Positions 21,901-29,741 of a stretch of 64,000 bases of DNA are shown here, piece by piece. Positions within the stretch are counted from its first letter, which is position 1; each line of letters opens with the position of its first letter. The notes beneath the pieces are model-generated. The model was not told where the DNA came from, searched no databases, and saw only the letters and a list, made by a program, of their open reading frames with translations. The translations under genes and the position numbers were made by a program. The DNA comes from Nitrospirota bacterium (GTDB taxonomy: Bacteria > Nitrospirota > UBA9217), in contig CAWJQQ010000002.1 in assembly GCA_963845065.1 (NCBI GenBank), positions 1 to 64,000 of the forward strand. The letters are read 5' to 3'.

Positions 21901-22974
21901 AACATACTCTCGGCCATAATCGGATATGGGCACCTTACATTAATGAAAATGCAGGAGAATGAACCATTGCGGGCCAATATAAATCAAATATTGGAAGCTT
22001 CTCAGCGGGCAACAGTTCTCACGCAAAGCCTGCTTGCATTCAGCAGGAAACAACCGGTAAATCTTGCCGTGGTCGATCTGAATGCTCTTGTGTGTCAGTT
22101 CGAGAATTTATTGCAGCGGCTTCTGAGGGAGGACATCGATCTTAAGACAATTTGCCCGGTGTGCGTATTTAACATCATGGCTGATAGAGGGCAGATAGAG
22201 CAGGTGCTCATGAACCTTGTTACAAACGCCAGGGACGCCATGCCGGACGGAGGCAGGCTGACGATAGAAACAAAATTGATTACCATCGAAGCGGATTTCG
22301 TAGGGAGCCACGGCTACGGCTTGCCGGGGGAATATGCACTCCTGATGGTAACGGACACTGGAACAGGAATGGATGAAAAAACGAAACAAAAAGTATTTGA
22401 ACCTTTCTTTACCACAAAGGAAGTGGGTAAAGGCACAGGGCTCGGCCTTGCCATGGTATACGGTATAATAAAAAAGCATGAAGGGTTTATAAATATTTAC
22501 AGTGAAGTGGGCAGAGGAACGACTTTTAAAATATATCTTCCGCTGGCTGGAGCAACCGCAGCGGCAGAAGAGATAAAAGATGAGATCGCTGCTCCTGCGC
22601 TAACGGGAACGGAAACAGTGCTTGTGGCGGAGGACGATAGGGCCATGAGAAGTTTGTCATCCACCATTCTCAATCACTTCGGCTATACCGTTATCGAGGC
22701 TGTTGACGGCGAGGATGCTATTTTTAAATACATTCAAAACAAGGACAAAATTCACCTGGTCATTCTTGACGGCATTATGCCAAAGAAAAACGGGTTGCAG
22801 GCCTATCAGGAGATCCACATGATGAACCCCGCTGTGAAGGTAATCTTCATGAGCGGATATTCCGAGGACGTCTTAAGCGCAAAAAGTATTCTGGATAAGG
22901 GATTAACATATATCCTTAAGCCTGCTACACCTTCTGAATTGTTGAAGAAGGTTAGAGAGGTATTGAATAAGTGA
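18991..22974 (+). CDS. Hybrid histidine kinase (REC-PAS-GAF-4xPAS-HisKA-HATPase-REC)
   Basis: Receiver at both ends, DITERK PAC repeats, AHDFNNIL, FFTTKEVGKGTGLGL. Confidence 0.95.
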   Translation: MLNKISVLNLEDSLTDAELIREKLSEEGLDCEIRQVKYGEDFITVLQSQRFDLILADYSLDHFSALTIVLEKCPDIPFIFVSGTIGEDIAIEALKSGATDYVLKNNLGRLAPAVSRALKEAKERTAHRQAEEAHRESEDWYLSLFNHSIDAVLLTAPDGSILAANPEACSIFQRTEEELRRLGRAGVVDVTDPRLPAAIEERARTGKFKGELTLVRKDGTKFPGEISSVVFAGKDGLTKTSMVIRDITERKWAQQERELSIEFLRLVNSSTGTRDLIRAATTFFQQQSGCEAVGIRLKEGEDYPYFEARGFPKEFVLSENNLCARDSVGRIVRDSLGKPVIECMCGNVICGRFDPAKSFFTKHGSFWSNNTTELLRRTTEVDRQTRTRNRCNGEGYESVALIPLLLGEERLGLLQLNDRRTGIFSEEVLCVWERLADQLAVALAKFRTEEALRKSEERYRSLFMNMLNGYAYCKMVFEGMKPQDFIYLDVNEAFGKLTGLNNVIGKKVTEVIPGIREADPQLFEIYGRVAMTGSPEQFETYVEALHNWFSISVYSPKKEHFVAVFDVITERKQAEVSLRQSEARFSTVFHNSPISIVISGADDGKFYDVNDSFLNVYGFSREEIIGCTSHDLKLWVHSEEREAMVRMLHKYGRVKNFEAQFRKKSGDIGSLLISAELIKINGEERLLGMFTDITERKRMEEELRTSVRMWDNTFDAMNDGIMISDENGKVVRCNRAMQHCFAKAPDQILGKTHWDIVHHAEAPGSDCAFNRMQNSRRRESMMLRLHMNWFNITVDPIFDADGLLRGSVQILTNVTERKQFEEQLRESESKFKSLAEQSLVGTYIIQDNLFKYVNPRLAEMLEYRPEDIMENVHLTDVLIPEDRPLMKAKVRQLLSSGGAVSQYEVRGLKKSGEILHLEAYGTKGLYQGKPAIIGMALDVTEKKNLERQLLQSQKIEAIGTLAGGVAHDFNNILSAIIGYGHLTLMKMQENEPLRANINQILEASQRATVLTQSLLAFSRKQPVNLAVVDLNALVCQFENLLQRLLREDIDLKTICPVCVFNIMADRGQIEQVLMNLVTNARDAMPDGGRLTIETKLITIEADFVGSHGYGLPGEYALLMVTDTGTGMDEKTKQKVFEPFFTTKEVGKGTGLGLAMVYGIIKKHEGFINIYSEVGRGTTFKIYLPLAGATAAAEEIKDEIAAPALTGTETVLVAEDDRAMRSLSSTILNHFGYTVIEAVDGEDAIFKYIQNKDKIHLVILDGIMPKKNGLQAYQEIHMMNPAVKVIFMSGYSEDVLSAKSILDKGLTYILKPATPSELLKKVREVLNK

Positions 22975-23107
22975 GATAGGTCGTAAAACGGGAACCACAG
23001 CCAGCAGCCTACCTCTGGCCCTCATTCAAACTAAATAGACAAGCCTACTGACGCTTTGAGAGAGGCGGATTCTTGCGTTTTGGCATCCATTTCTTTGTAT
23101 CTAAGCG

Positions 23108-23407
23108 TCATGCAGCTTTTTTTACTGAGAAACGCGCTGCCTCGAACGCGTCCCTCAGCTCGTGCTTTGCCGTCTCGACGCCCGCCTCTAGGGCTGTCCA
23201 GTTGTCGCCAACCGATCTCTGCATCTCTTGCAGTTTGCTTAAAAGCAGGTCGCGCTTTTCCTCCAGGGTCCGGATACTTTGTTCGTAGTCTGTCTGGAGA
23301 TAGATCGGTCCTCTTGAAGCCCTGACTTTGTATGCTTCGATCGTTTTCGACCATTTTCTGAGGTCCCTTGCCATCTTAGCGATATATTCTTCCCTATTCG
23401 TCTTCAT
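23108..23407 (-). CDS. Small coiled-coil protein (sll1863-like)
   Basis: REEYIAKM..LRKW..GDNWTALEAGVETA; RBS aaagaggg. Confidence 0.65.
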   Translation of the reverse strand: MKTNREEYIAKMARDLRKWSKTIEAYKVRASRGPIYLQTDYEQSIRTLEEKRDLLLSKLQEMQRSVGDNWTALEAGVETAKHELRDAFEAARFSVKKAA

Positions 23408-23553
23408 GTCCACGCCCTCTTTCTGTCCTCTTGTTGGCCCCACTCAGCCTTTTATTATTAGTATAACACCTCGACAAGGAACATCTTAGGGCTTTAATGT
23501 TTGACTGCCTTTCATCTGTTGATATTGTCCTTTTGGTATCAGTCGAGTTTCAT

Positions 23554-24083
23554 CTGACCTACCCCATGTCTAAAGACAGGGGGTTCTAACGGCAATACCG
23601 ACAGGCTTTTCGGCAACAATACAGACGTTGCCGCATCGACTATCGTTGATCCGTTTTTAACGGGCAAGCAACTCTGTCTCCGGTTTGTGGCGTTGGCTCT
23701 CATGTTGTTAATACCGAAGCTGACCGGATGAATCCGACCATTTGCCGCTTCAAACTGCACCCTCAACACCGCCCGTTCCAGGAGCAGGTTTGCACCCGGC
23801 CAAGCTGCTGCGGCTTGACGCGTGTCGAGGACATTTTCAAAAACATATTTTGCAAGATATGCGGAGTAGAGATCGCGTTGAGTGTTTACCCCGCAGTTAC
23901 AGTCATGCCATCTGTGGGATAGCGGTTTTTTGGCTACTTCCAGGCAGTGGCATGTCTCTGAAAGCTTCGTGCTCCGGGTAGAAAATTCAGTTACTTTACC
24001 GCCAGCGTTTTCGGCTTTGCGGCGAAGCATCGAAATAAACATCCCCGGAGCTCGTCTTGAAATACTTTTACCATATAGTTTCT
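23554..24083 (-). pseudogene. tnpB: 5'-truncated tnpB (family 2) with intact right end
   Basis: YGKSISRRAPG..CHC..CNC..QRDLYSA; nearly identical to 41879-42410. Confidence 0.9.
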
Positions 24084-24084
24084 T

Positions 24085-24150
24085 TATCATTGTATTTTGT
24101 GATAAAGTTTTTTCTCAGCAGCATCATCCTGAAGCAAACGAGTTAGCATT
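24085..24150 (-). repeat. Dispersed promoter-like repeat, copy 1
   Basis: Homologous to 39903-39955 and 43877-43943; similarity resumes after the mini-transposon at 24997. Confidence 0.7.
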
Positions 24151-24231
24151 TTTGGGTATCCGGATTTTGCGGTTGAATTTGTATACAGCTCGCCCTGTTC
24201 GATCATCTCAACCTCGCAGTATTTATCATTT

Positions 24232-24621
24232 TTACCAGAGTACTTTTACACCATAATCGCGGAAAGCGCTGTCAGCTGATATGATTGTCAACTTCTCCGA
24301 TAGCGCCTGAGCGACTAGCAAACGGTCAAATGGATCGCGGTGATGAAAAGGTAGTTTTTCCACCTTCGCAGCATGATGCAATTCGATGTTCAAGAGAGTA
24401 AAGCCGTTGGTGTTCATTTGTTCCGTCACAAAATGTTCGACGTTACTAGCAAGTCGCAACTTGCCGAGGCTCGATTTTATTGCAATCTCCCAGCAACTGA
24501 CTAAGCTCATACAACACTCATTGTTTACATCGGCAATCGCTTTCCGGGCAGCCGTAGTAAGTTCGGAAGCGTCATCAACCCACCAAAGGAATACATGGGT
24601 GTCTAGGAGAAGACGCCGCAT
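24232..24621 (-). CDS. vapC: VapC/PIN toxin
   Basis: LLLDTHVFLWW, SCWEIAIK, HHRDPFDRLLVAQA, ISAD. Confidence 0.92.
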   Translation of the reverse strand: MRRLLLDTHVFLWWVDDASELTTAARKAIADVNNECCMSLVSCWEIAIKSSLGKLRLASNVEHFVTEQMNTNGFTLLNIELHHAAKVEKLPFHHRDPFDRLLVAQALSEKLTIISADSAFRDYGVKVLW

Positions 24622-24848
24622 CAAACGTACTCCTTAAAATCCAGGGGCAACTTATCAAAGTCAGGGGCAATAGACAAAATCTGACCTTTGGCTGAACCCG
24701 GAAGCCGTTTCTTTTTTACTGCGGTTATCGGCTCCAGCCTTAGGAGCGGTTTGTTGTCCCGTGCAATTACTATTTCTTCTCCCAGCAGTGCCTGTTTTAT
24801 GAGCTTCGAAAAATGGGACTTCGCTTCGGCGATATTATATTGTTTCAT
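24621..24848 (-). CDS. Phd/YefM antitoxin
   Basis: YNIAEAKSHFSKLI..GEEIVIARDNKP. Confidence 0.9.
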   Translation of the reverse strand: MKQYNIAEAKSHFSKLIKQALLGEEIVIARDNKPLLRLEPITAVKKKRLPGSAKGQILSIAPDFDKLPLDFKEYV

Positions 24849-25125
24849 TATGTGCCTCCATGTTAGTCATTTTACATGACCAACATAGCCTATGTCAAGT
24901 AATTTTGAGCAATCCGGTTTTGAACTCATCAACCAGTGGGTCAAACGTTTACGATATTCGGGTATTGGTCTTATCAACCGCAAAATCCGGATACCCGCAT
25001 TTTTTACAATAGTGTAATTTTCAAACCGTATTTGTTAATATCTCTCCACAAAAGGTACCGGACCGGATCGCAAAATGATCGCAATATGAAACTTGACAAT
25101 AATAAACAAATTGTTTATATTGTAA

Positions 25126-25410
25126 GTGATGATTCAAACTTTTGCTTCTCCGGAAACACAACGCTTCTTTGCCACCGGTAAATCACGCCGCTTGCCGACG
25201 CAGATATTAAAACGTGCAATAATGCGATTGATTCAGTTGGATGCGGCTAAAAACATTGAGGACTTGCGAATGCCACCATCTAATAGGTTAGAGGCGCTAG
25301 CTCATAATCGCGCAGGGCAATGGAGTATCCGCATTAACGACCAATGGCGTATATGTTTCCGTTTTGATAATGGAGACGCTTATGACGTCGAAATAGTTGA
25401 TTATCACTGA
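25126..25410 (+). CDS. higB: HigB toxin (plasmid maintenance killer type)
   Basis: DLRMPPSNRLEAL..GQWSIRINDQWRICF..VEIVDYH. Confidence 0.92.
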   Translation: MMIQTFASPETQRFFATGKSRRLPTQILKRAIMRLIQLDAAKNIEDLRMPPSNRLEALAHNRAGQWSIRINDQWRICFRFDNGDAYDVEIVDYH

Positions 25411-25416
25411 AGGAGA

Positions 25417-25719
25417 ATGAACATGGTTAAAAATGGTTTGCCTGCAATTCATCCAGGGGAATTCTTGGCTGAAATCCTAGACGAAATGAGGATCACTCAA
25501 GCAGATTTTGCCCGTGCCATCGGGGTATCGTCCATGCGGATTTCGCATGTTATCAAGGGAAATCGTCCCGTGACAGCGGAACTGGCGTTATTGTTCGGAC
25601 GTGCATTCAAACAATCGCCGCAATACTGGCTCAATCTCCAATCATCTTACGATTTAAAAATTGCGGAAGCAAACATTGGTAAGCGCCTTGCTAGTGTGCA
25701 TTCATTCTCGCATGCCTAA
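25417..25719 (+). CDS. higA: HigA antitoxin
   Basis: IHPGEFLAE, VTAELAL, SPQYWLNLQ. Confidence 0.92.
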   Translation: MNMVKNGLPAIHPGEFLAEILDEMRITQADFARAIGVSSMRISHVIKGNRPVTAELALLFGRAFKQSPQYWLNLQSSYDLKIAEANIGKRLASVHSFSHA

Positions 25720-26024
25720 TCTTCCACTTAAAACTGGATAATTTACTTTGTCGCCTGCAAGATTCTAGCGGTATTCGTTAAAGTTTAAACTGTTAGAATC
25801 TCGTTTGCTAGTAGGTGGCCTTCGCAAGGTCCCGGATCTATCAGAAGCAAAGAGTATCGGTTGAAATTTGACGTGCGAAGTTCTTCTAGAAATTCGCACA
25901 CCCTTAAATACCCCATTTTTATGCTTTATCTTGCCGTGGGGTTCCGCTATAATCGTAATATAATTTGCTAGTTTTTGAGGCAATTACATGCTATAATTAA
26001 CTCATTATTTGAGGCAATTATACG

Positions 26025-27140
26025 ATGAAAACGACTCATTATATTTGGGAATCAACGCACTGGCCCTCTTTTGTTTGGGATGACTCCATACTTATGAGAC
26101 CCTTGGGTGAATCTCGGCTTAGACAAGGGATGTTTCTTACCAAAATTTCATCGTTGGGTATGCCTTATGAGCAACAGGCTCATGCTAACATACTTTTTGA
26201 AGAGGCCATGACCACATCGGCAATAGAAGGCGAAAAGTTGAATCCCGCGTCTGTTCGTTCTTCAATTGCCCGCAAGCTTGGCTTGCCTTCTGCGGGTCTA
26301 CCGGTAGACCGCCATACGGACGGACTTATCGACGTTCTCTTAGATGCCACTCAAAATCACGATGTAACGCTTACAAAGAAAAAGCTTTTTGGCTGGAATG
26401 CTGCGCTTTTTCCTACCGGTTATTCAGGACTACATAAAATTAGGGTAGGCAAATGGCGTGGTCCCGAACCTATGCAGGTGGTATCAGGCAGAATAGGGAA
26501 AGAGATCGTTCACTATGAGGCTATGCCGTCTGACCGGGTGGATGAGGAAGTAAAACACTTTATACAGTGGTGGCACAAGAGTATAGACAACATGGATGGG
26601 ATTATCCGTGCGGCGGTTGCACATTTCTGGTTCGTCACGATTCATCCGTTCGAGGACGGCAACGGGCGGATCGCCAGGGCGCTTACCGATATGGCCCTTG
26701 CTCAGGATGGCCGGCAGTCACAGCGCTATTATAGTCTGTCATCGCAGATTAACGCTGAGAGAAAATCATATTATAAGATACTGGAGCAGACACAAAAAGG
26801 GGATCTTGATCTAACACCGTGGCTCCTCTGGTTTGTCGAATGTTTCTCACGAGGAATAGAAACCTCGGAGAAATTAATGTCGCTGGTACTCGGTAAGGCA
26901 GCGTTCTGGTATCGCCATGCTCAGACTCGGGTTAGTGATAGACAGCGAAAGGTCATTAATAAACTGCTCGACGCGGGGAAAGAAGGATTTGAAGGCGGTT
27001 TGACAAACCGTAAGTATGCTTCTATGACCCATGTTAGCAGGGCCACGGCAACGCGTGAATTGCAGTATTTACTAGATATTGGCATTCTTAAGCGTAATCC
27101 CGGCAGCGGACGAAGTATCAGCTATAATTTGGCATGGTGA
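26025..27140 (+). CDS. Fic family protein (DUF4172-Fic-HTH)
   Basis: HPFEDGNGRIAR, TTSAIEGE, C-terminal HTH; upstream direct repeat tttgaggcaatta x2. Confidence 0.92.
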   Translation: MKTTHYIWESTHWPSFVWDDSILMRPLGESRLRQGMFLTKISSLGMPYEQQAHANILFEEAMTTSAIEGEKLNPASVRSSIARKLGLPSAGLPVDRHTDGLIDVLLDATQNHDVTLTKKKLFGWNAALFPTGYSGLHKIRVGKWRGPEPMQVVSGRIGKEIVHYEAMPSDRVDEEVKHFIQWWHKSIDNMDGIIRAAVAHFWFVTIHPFEDGNGRIARALTDMALAQDGRQSQRYYSLSSQINAERKSYYKILEQTQKGDLDLTPWLLWFVECFSRGIETSEKLMSLVLGKAAFWYRHAQTRVSDRQRKVINKLLDAGKEGFEGGLTNRKYASMTHVSRATATRELQYLLDIGILKRNPGSGRSISYNLAW

Positions 27141-27142
27141 AA

Positions 27143-27210
27143 ATCAACAAGCTTCTTAGACATCGAGCATATCCGGTCTTTTGGTTATCAACCACAAAGT
27201 CCGGATACCC
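27143..27210. repeat. Lone ISL3-type element end (three-box long end)
   Basis: atcaacaag..atatccggtcttttggttatcaaccacaaagtccggataccc. Confidence 0.8.
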
Positions 27211-27443
27211 AAAAAAATCACGGCAAACTGTCGTTGGATGTAAGCGATCGTTTGTACAGAATAGCAAGTATTTATACTATCGTTTGTGAAGTTTTGGAGG
27301 ATGATAAGCTCGTGTTAGATTGGCTTATGAAACCCAAGTTTGGGCTAGTCAACAAAGTACCATTCGATATGCTCCAAACGGAATCTGGGACCCAAGAAGT
27401 TGAGAATCTTCTTTGACGTATTGAATACGGACTCGGTGCATAA
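27211..27443 (+). pseudogene. Xre/MbcA/ParS antitoxin C-terminal remnant
   Basis: SDRLYRIA..WLMKP..P..MLQTESG..EVENLL*RIEYG; 5' part cut at the IR. Confidence 0.8.
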
Positions 27444-27524
27444 TTAAGGATCGCGGCTGAGATACTGCTTTATTCCCTTCCCTTTCCCTTTGCCCGCTCT
27501 CTATCTCCATGTTATCATCAGTAT

Positions 27525-27644
27525 ATGAAAAAATTTAATCACACTCTCACTACGCCTATTGATGATAAAATGAACAGACGGCTAATAAAGATTGCCCGTC
27601 GCCGCAATAATTCCAAATGTTTTATGGTCCGCGAAGCCCTTTAG
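27525..27644 (+). CDS. 39-aa ribbon-helix-helix (CopG-like) peptide, possibly truncated
   Basis: TLTTPIDDKMNRRLIKIARRRNNSKCFMVREAL after TTGCCC-17-TATCAT. Confidence 0.5.
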   Translation: MKKFNHTLTTPIDDKMNRRLIKIARRRNNSKCFMVREAL

Positions 27645-27658
27645 GTAAATCCGGGCTT

Positions 27659-28327
27659 CTATTGTTTTATCCGTTCTATATTCTCCGCATTGTTGTATTT
27701 GAATGAATTTACCTTTCTGGTAACTGGATATAGCTCGATCTCTTCCAACGGAAGAGGTTTAAGCAGCGGGAGTATCGATTTTTCATCATGCACGCTAGGA
27801 TCAAGCCACGGCTGGTATTTATCCGGGGGCTCAATCACTGGCATACGATTATGAATTGGGGCAATAAGTTCATTAGCATCGGTTGTAATTATTGTGCAAG
27901 TATTTATCTGTTCGCCTTCCGGGGATGTCCAGACGTTGTAGAGACCAGCAAAGCCGAAGGGTAGACCTGACTTTAGGTGGATGTAATACGGCTTTTTCAC
28001 AGCGTCCTCTTTCTTCCATTCGAAAAAACCGTCCGCTACCACGAGACAACGATGATTTTCAAAAGCATATTTAAACGACCGATTTGTCGCGACGGTCTCT
28101 GCTCTGACGTTGATCATTTTATAGCCTGTTTTGAGTTCTTTGGACCACGAAGGAACAAAACCCCACTTGGAGGTGACAAGCCGATTTTTGCCATCATTCA
28201 CAACTATCGCAACGTCATGGCTAGGCGCGACGTTATAACTTGGTTTAATGTCGAAAGTTATCGAGTCAATCTGGAAGATTTTGGCAATTATTTCTATAGC
28301 ACTGTGTATATCAAACCGGCCACACAT
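27659..28327 (-). CDS. SOS response-associated peptidase (SRAP/YedK)
   Basis: MCGRF N-terminus, YNVAPS, RCLVVADGFFEW, IHNRMPV. Confidence 0.93.
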   Translation of the reverse strand: MCGRFDIHSAIEIIAKIFQIDSITFDIKPSYNVAPSHDVAIVVNDGKNRLVTSKWGFVPSWSKELKTGYKMINVRAETVATNRSFKYAFENHRCLVVADGFFEWKKEDAVKKPYYIHLKSGLPFGFAGLYNVWTSPEGEQINTCTIITTDANELIAPIHNRMPVIEPPDKYQPWLDPSVHDEKSILPLLKPLPLEEIELYPVTRKVNSFKYNNAENIERIKQ

Positions 28328-28382
28328 CAATTGTCACCCTTTCCTCTTGCCCCCTTACATGTCTCCATGCTATCATCAGCAT

Positions 28383-29021
28383 ATGAAAAAGTCCAGCCGT
28401 GCTCAACCAAAGAAAAAGGCAAAGAAAAAAGCTCCGGTAAAAATAAAGTCAAGCCGTTCTAAAAAAACTGTGTGGCGATATCTTAAAACCATTGACGGCG
28501 AAACCCTTCTCGATAAAAATGTGCGGCATTTCGATAAAACCACGGGCAGTCAAACCTTTTTAGATGCAATCAGACTACGTGCCGAAAAAAGAAATAAACA
28601 GATGGATCAACTGCTTTCAAACATCAAATCGCGCTTGCCCGAACTAACCGCGCTTTTCACCGAGATATCTGGTCATTGGCAATACGAAGATCCAATATAC
28701 CGCTTTTATCACGAATCATTTAAAGTTTATCATATTCAAACTTACACCCAACGGATTTATGACACACTGAGAAGCATTGCTCCACCAGAAACAGCCTTAC
28801 ATGAGATGTTTGAAAATATCGTAACTGTCGGAACGGGCGTGAAATTCGAGCCTTCCCACAACAGCGCGTGGGCAAGACATACCCGTCCGTTACTAGAAGC
28901 ATTTTTCCATGCGCGCTTTTTCCTAGAGATGGCGATCAAATATGGTAAGGAACTAGATACAGCTCCTACAGTGTGTCCCTCGGGGTGGGCAGCACTGTTA
29001 AGTTTGTATAATTTGATATAA
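28383..29021 (+). CDS. Hypothetical protein with basic N-terminal tail
   Basis: Open frame; WQYEDPIYRFYHESFKVY and EAFFHARFFLEMA look like conserved blocks; likely leaderless start. Confidence 0.65.
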   Translation: MKKSSRAQPKKKAKKKAPVKIKSSRSKKTVWRYLKTIDGETLLDKNVRHFDKTTGSQTFLDAIRLRAEKRNKQMDQLLSNIKSRLPELTALFTEISGHWQYEDPIYRFYHESFKVYHIQTYTQRIYDTLRSIAPPETALHEMFENIVTVGTGVKFEPSHNSAWARHTRPLLEAFFHARFFLEMAIKYGKELDTAPTVCPSGWAALLSLYNLI

Positions 29022-29040
29022 AACTGAGGTAAGATAAAAT

Positions 29041-29448
29041 ATGAAAAAGCCAAAAAAATGGATTGAGAAAAGTCACTGGAAGGTCGGGGACGCTGACGGG
29101 TTCCAGGCTGTAGATCCGGTAGATCCCGACGAAGAACCAGAAGTAGCAGAATCTTTTGATATTGATGTTACCGATTCGCCCAGAACCCCGGAAGAACTGG
29201 CTGACTATCTTGAAGCCTCGCTTAAGGAAGACAAGAGTGATTCTGCGTTCATTGCTAAATCACTGAACGATATCGCCCGGGCAAGACAAACATTACGAAT
29301 GCTCCGCGATGATGAAATGACTGCCGTCCTGAATAAAAATACTGAAGAACTAATTGTCGAGAATGCCTCCTTGGGGAAAATAAAGTCTATTCTGCACCGT
29401 CTTGAATCGCTGGAAATAGAACTGCAGAAAAAGAGCAAAAGAAGATGA
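29041..29448 (+). CDS. Hypothetical protein containing an addiction-module antidote-like segment
   Basis: RTPEELADYLEASL..AFIAKSLNDIARAR; HTH part appears replaced. Confidence 0.5.
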   Translation: MKKPKKWIEKSHWKVGDADGFQAVDPVDPDEEPEVAESFDIDVTDSPRTPEELADYLEASLKEDKSDSAFIAKSLNDIARARQTLRMLRDDEMTAVLNKNTEELIVENASLGKIKSILHRLESLEIELQKKSKRR

Positions 29449-29741
29449 AAATAAAACCCTATTAATCACTTCGCAAATAAATGACTCCGAAGACTCGCGC
29501 TGTTTCTGAAAAAAACAAGGCAATTATGGCAAAACTGGACCCCGCAGAGGCCTTCTGTGGCGCATTTGAAAAGGGATCGTCCTTGGCTGACGCGCTTCTG
29601 CAAGAACGGAAAGTTGAGTTGCTAGTTTAAATGCTCAATGATTTAATTTACTTCGCAGGGTTTATCAATATAAAAACAAATATAACAATGTTAAATCTAA
29701 AACCGGTTTTGAAATGAATATCAGCAATCAAGGCAATTGAC

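Larger units (their letters stand above)
24154..24996. mobile_element. Non-autonomous mini-transposon carrying Phd-VapC
   Basis: Perfect 23-bp IR gggtatccggattttgcggttga; perfect 8-bp TSD gcattttt (24146-24153, 24997-25004); no transposase. Confidence 0.92.

Noticed and set aside
27414..27416. In-frame TGA as selenocysteine (also the minus-strand TGA at 49031-49033)
   Set aside because: The positions likely correspond to non-Cys residues (Gly, Trp) in truncated genes, and no SECIS-like hairpin was seen
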